NCBI RefSeq assembly: GCF_000485595.1
Contig: NW_014577087.1
Span: 1,119,057-1,158,359, forward strand
Reading direction: 5' to 3'
DNA: 39,303 nucleotides
Origin: Priapulus caudatus
Lineage: Eukaryota
Part shown: piece by piece, positions 38,200 through 39,303 of the stretch
Position numbering within the stretch: the stretch's first letter is position 1
Layout of the letters: each line of letters opens with the position of its first letter
Made by a program: the position numbers and the translations under genes
The notes under the pieces: model-generated
The model's input: the letters and a program-made list of their open reading frames with translations, nothing else
Database searches by the model: none
What the model was told of the DNA's origin: nothing

Positions 38200-38736
38200 G
38201 TATATATAACAGGTCGTTCTTATAAACCGAACAGACATTACTTTACATACACATATAACTATATACCACCCCCGCAAAGTAATCAGGGTGGAGACTTTCA
38301 TATCGGCTGACGATTTCACGAACATTAGATCATCAGTTAAAGTTAGAGATTAATTTAAACGATTAGTAGTAGGATCGATTCGACCTTCATATTTGACCTT
38401 TACACGACAACGCGTTTCATGCGTGGCATTCAGACGTCCAAACAATGACAGTGACATCAATTCGTCGTAAACTCGAGTTAAATACGTATTTGTGGTAAAC
38501 CATTCGGTGATTATGGGACGGTGCCAGAAACATCGTAACTCTACGATAATGATTCGTGTGATTACAACACAGGGGAAGAGTTACGACCTAAAGTAATATT
38601 ACGACTAAAATGCTTCTGACAGCGACCCCAGCCCTGATCTTTAACACTGACCTAACGTCAGAGGCGTTATAAAAGGTGTGGTTCGCGATAGCGACTGTAG
38701 GTGTTTTATTATTAACCAAAGCTGTTGCAGCAGTAG

Positions 38737-38771
<35 letters not shown>

Positions 38772-39303
38772 TCAGCAGCAGCAGTAGCAGCAGCAGCAGT
38801 ATCAGCAGCAGCAGTATCAGCAACACCACCACCACCACCACCACGCGGTATCATCAGCAGCCATTCGCAGGCACTCATTACCATATGGTAATCGAGGTTA
38901 ATTTCACGCTATAATTATTGTAAGACAGTACTTGAACCTCGGCAGTTTAACCTGGCGGAGTGCTGGAGGCAAACGGCGGGAGATTTCACAGTCCATAGCG
39001 CGCACGCGTGCATGCATTACGCGATGCCGCGTGTGCACGTGCGCGTGTACTCACACGAACGCGTGCATGCACAGCGCGGTGCCGCGTGTGCACGCGCGCA
39101 TGTATACTAGCTCACACGAACGCGTGCATGAACAACGCGGTGCTGCGCGTATACACGCGCGCGTGTACTCACACGAACGCGTGCATGCACAGCGCGGTGC
39201 CGCGTGTGCACGTGCGCGTGTACTCACACGAACGCGTGCATGCACAGCGCGGTGCCGCGTGTGCACGCGCGCATGTACTCACACGAACGCGTGCACGAAC
39301 AAC
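38200..39303 (+). repeat. Blocks C+A, copy 3 (runs off window end), ending in the 55-bp minisatellite (~39030-39303)
   Basis: Direct match to 24845 onward. The tcacacgaacgcgtgca anchor occurs at 39169, 39224 and 39279 (55-bp period). Confidence 0.95.

Overview
This is eukaryotic (invertebrate animal-like) genomic DNA dominated by microsatellites and minisatellites, with three N-gaps (25, 10 and 25 N). I can support one real gene: a large terminal coding exon (16113-17285, +) of the vesicular GABA/inhibitory amino acid transporter (VGAT/SLC32A1/unc-47). It is preceded by a textbook branch point, pyrimidine tract and AG; I could not find the upstream N-terminal exon in the window. The other ORFs in the track look like translations of repeats or shadows of this exon. 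The main unexplained signal is structural, because most of 9.9-39.3 kb consists of re-used blocks. These are (i) a degraded reverse-strand second copy of the 3' part of the VGAT exon at ~37600-38174, (ii) a 4.4-4.6 kb inverted duplication (20500-24850 vs 32086-36692), (iii) 1.9 kb inverted arms bracketing the VGAT exon (9940-11890 vs 17397-19238), (iv) a ~2.8 kb module present three times in direct orientation, and (v) a small inverted pair at ~4750-5130/7780-8215. Copies differ mostly by single-base indels and break at microsatellites or gaps. The most economical reading is therefore long-read gap-filling or haplotype artefact. A real fold-back/antisense arrangement around VGAT cannot be excluded without raw reads. 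I found no CRISPR array, RNA gene or transposase, and I cannot claim a new biological system from this sequence alone.
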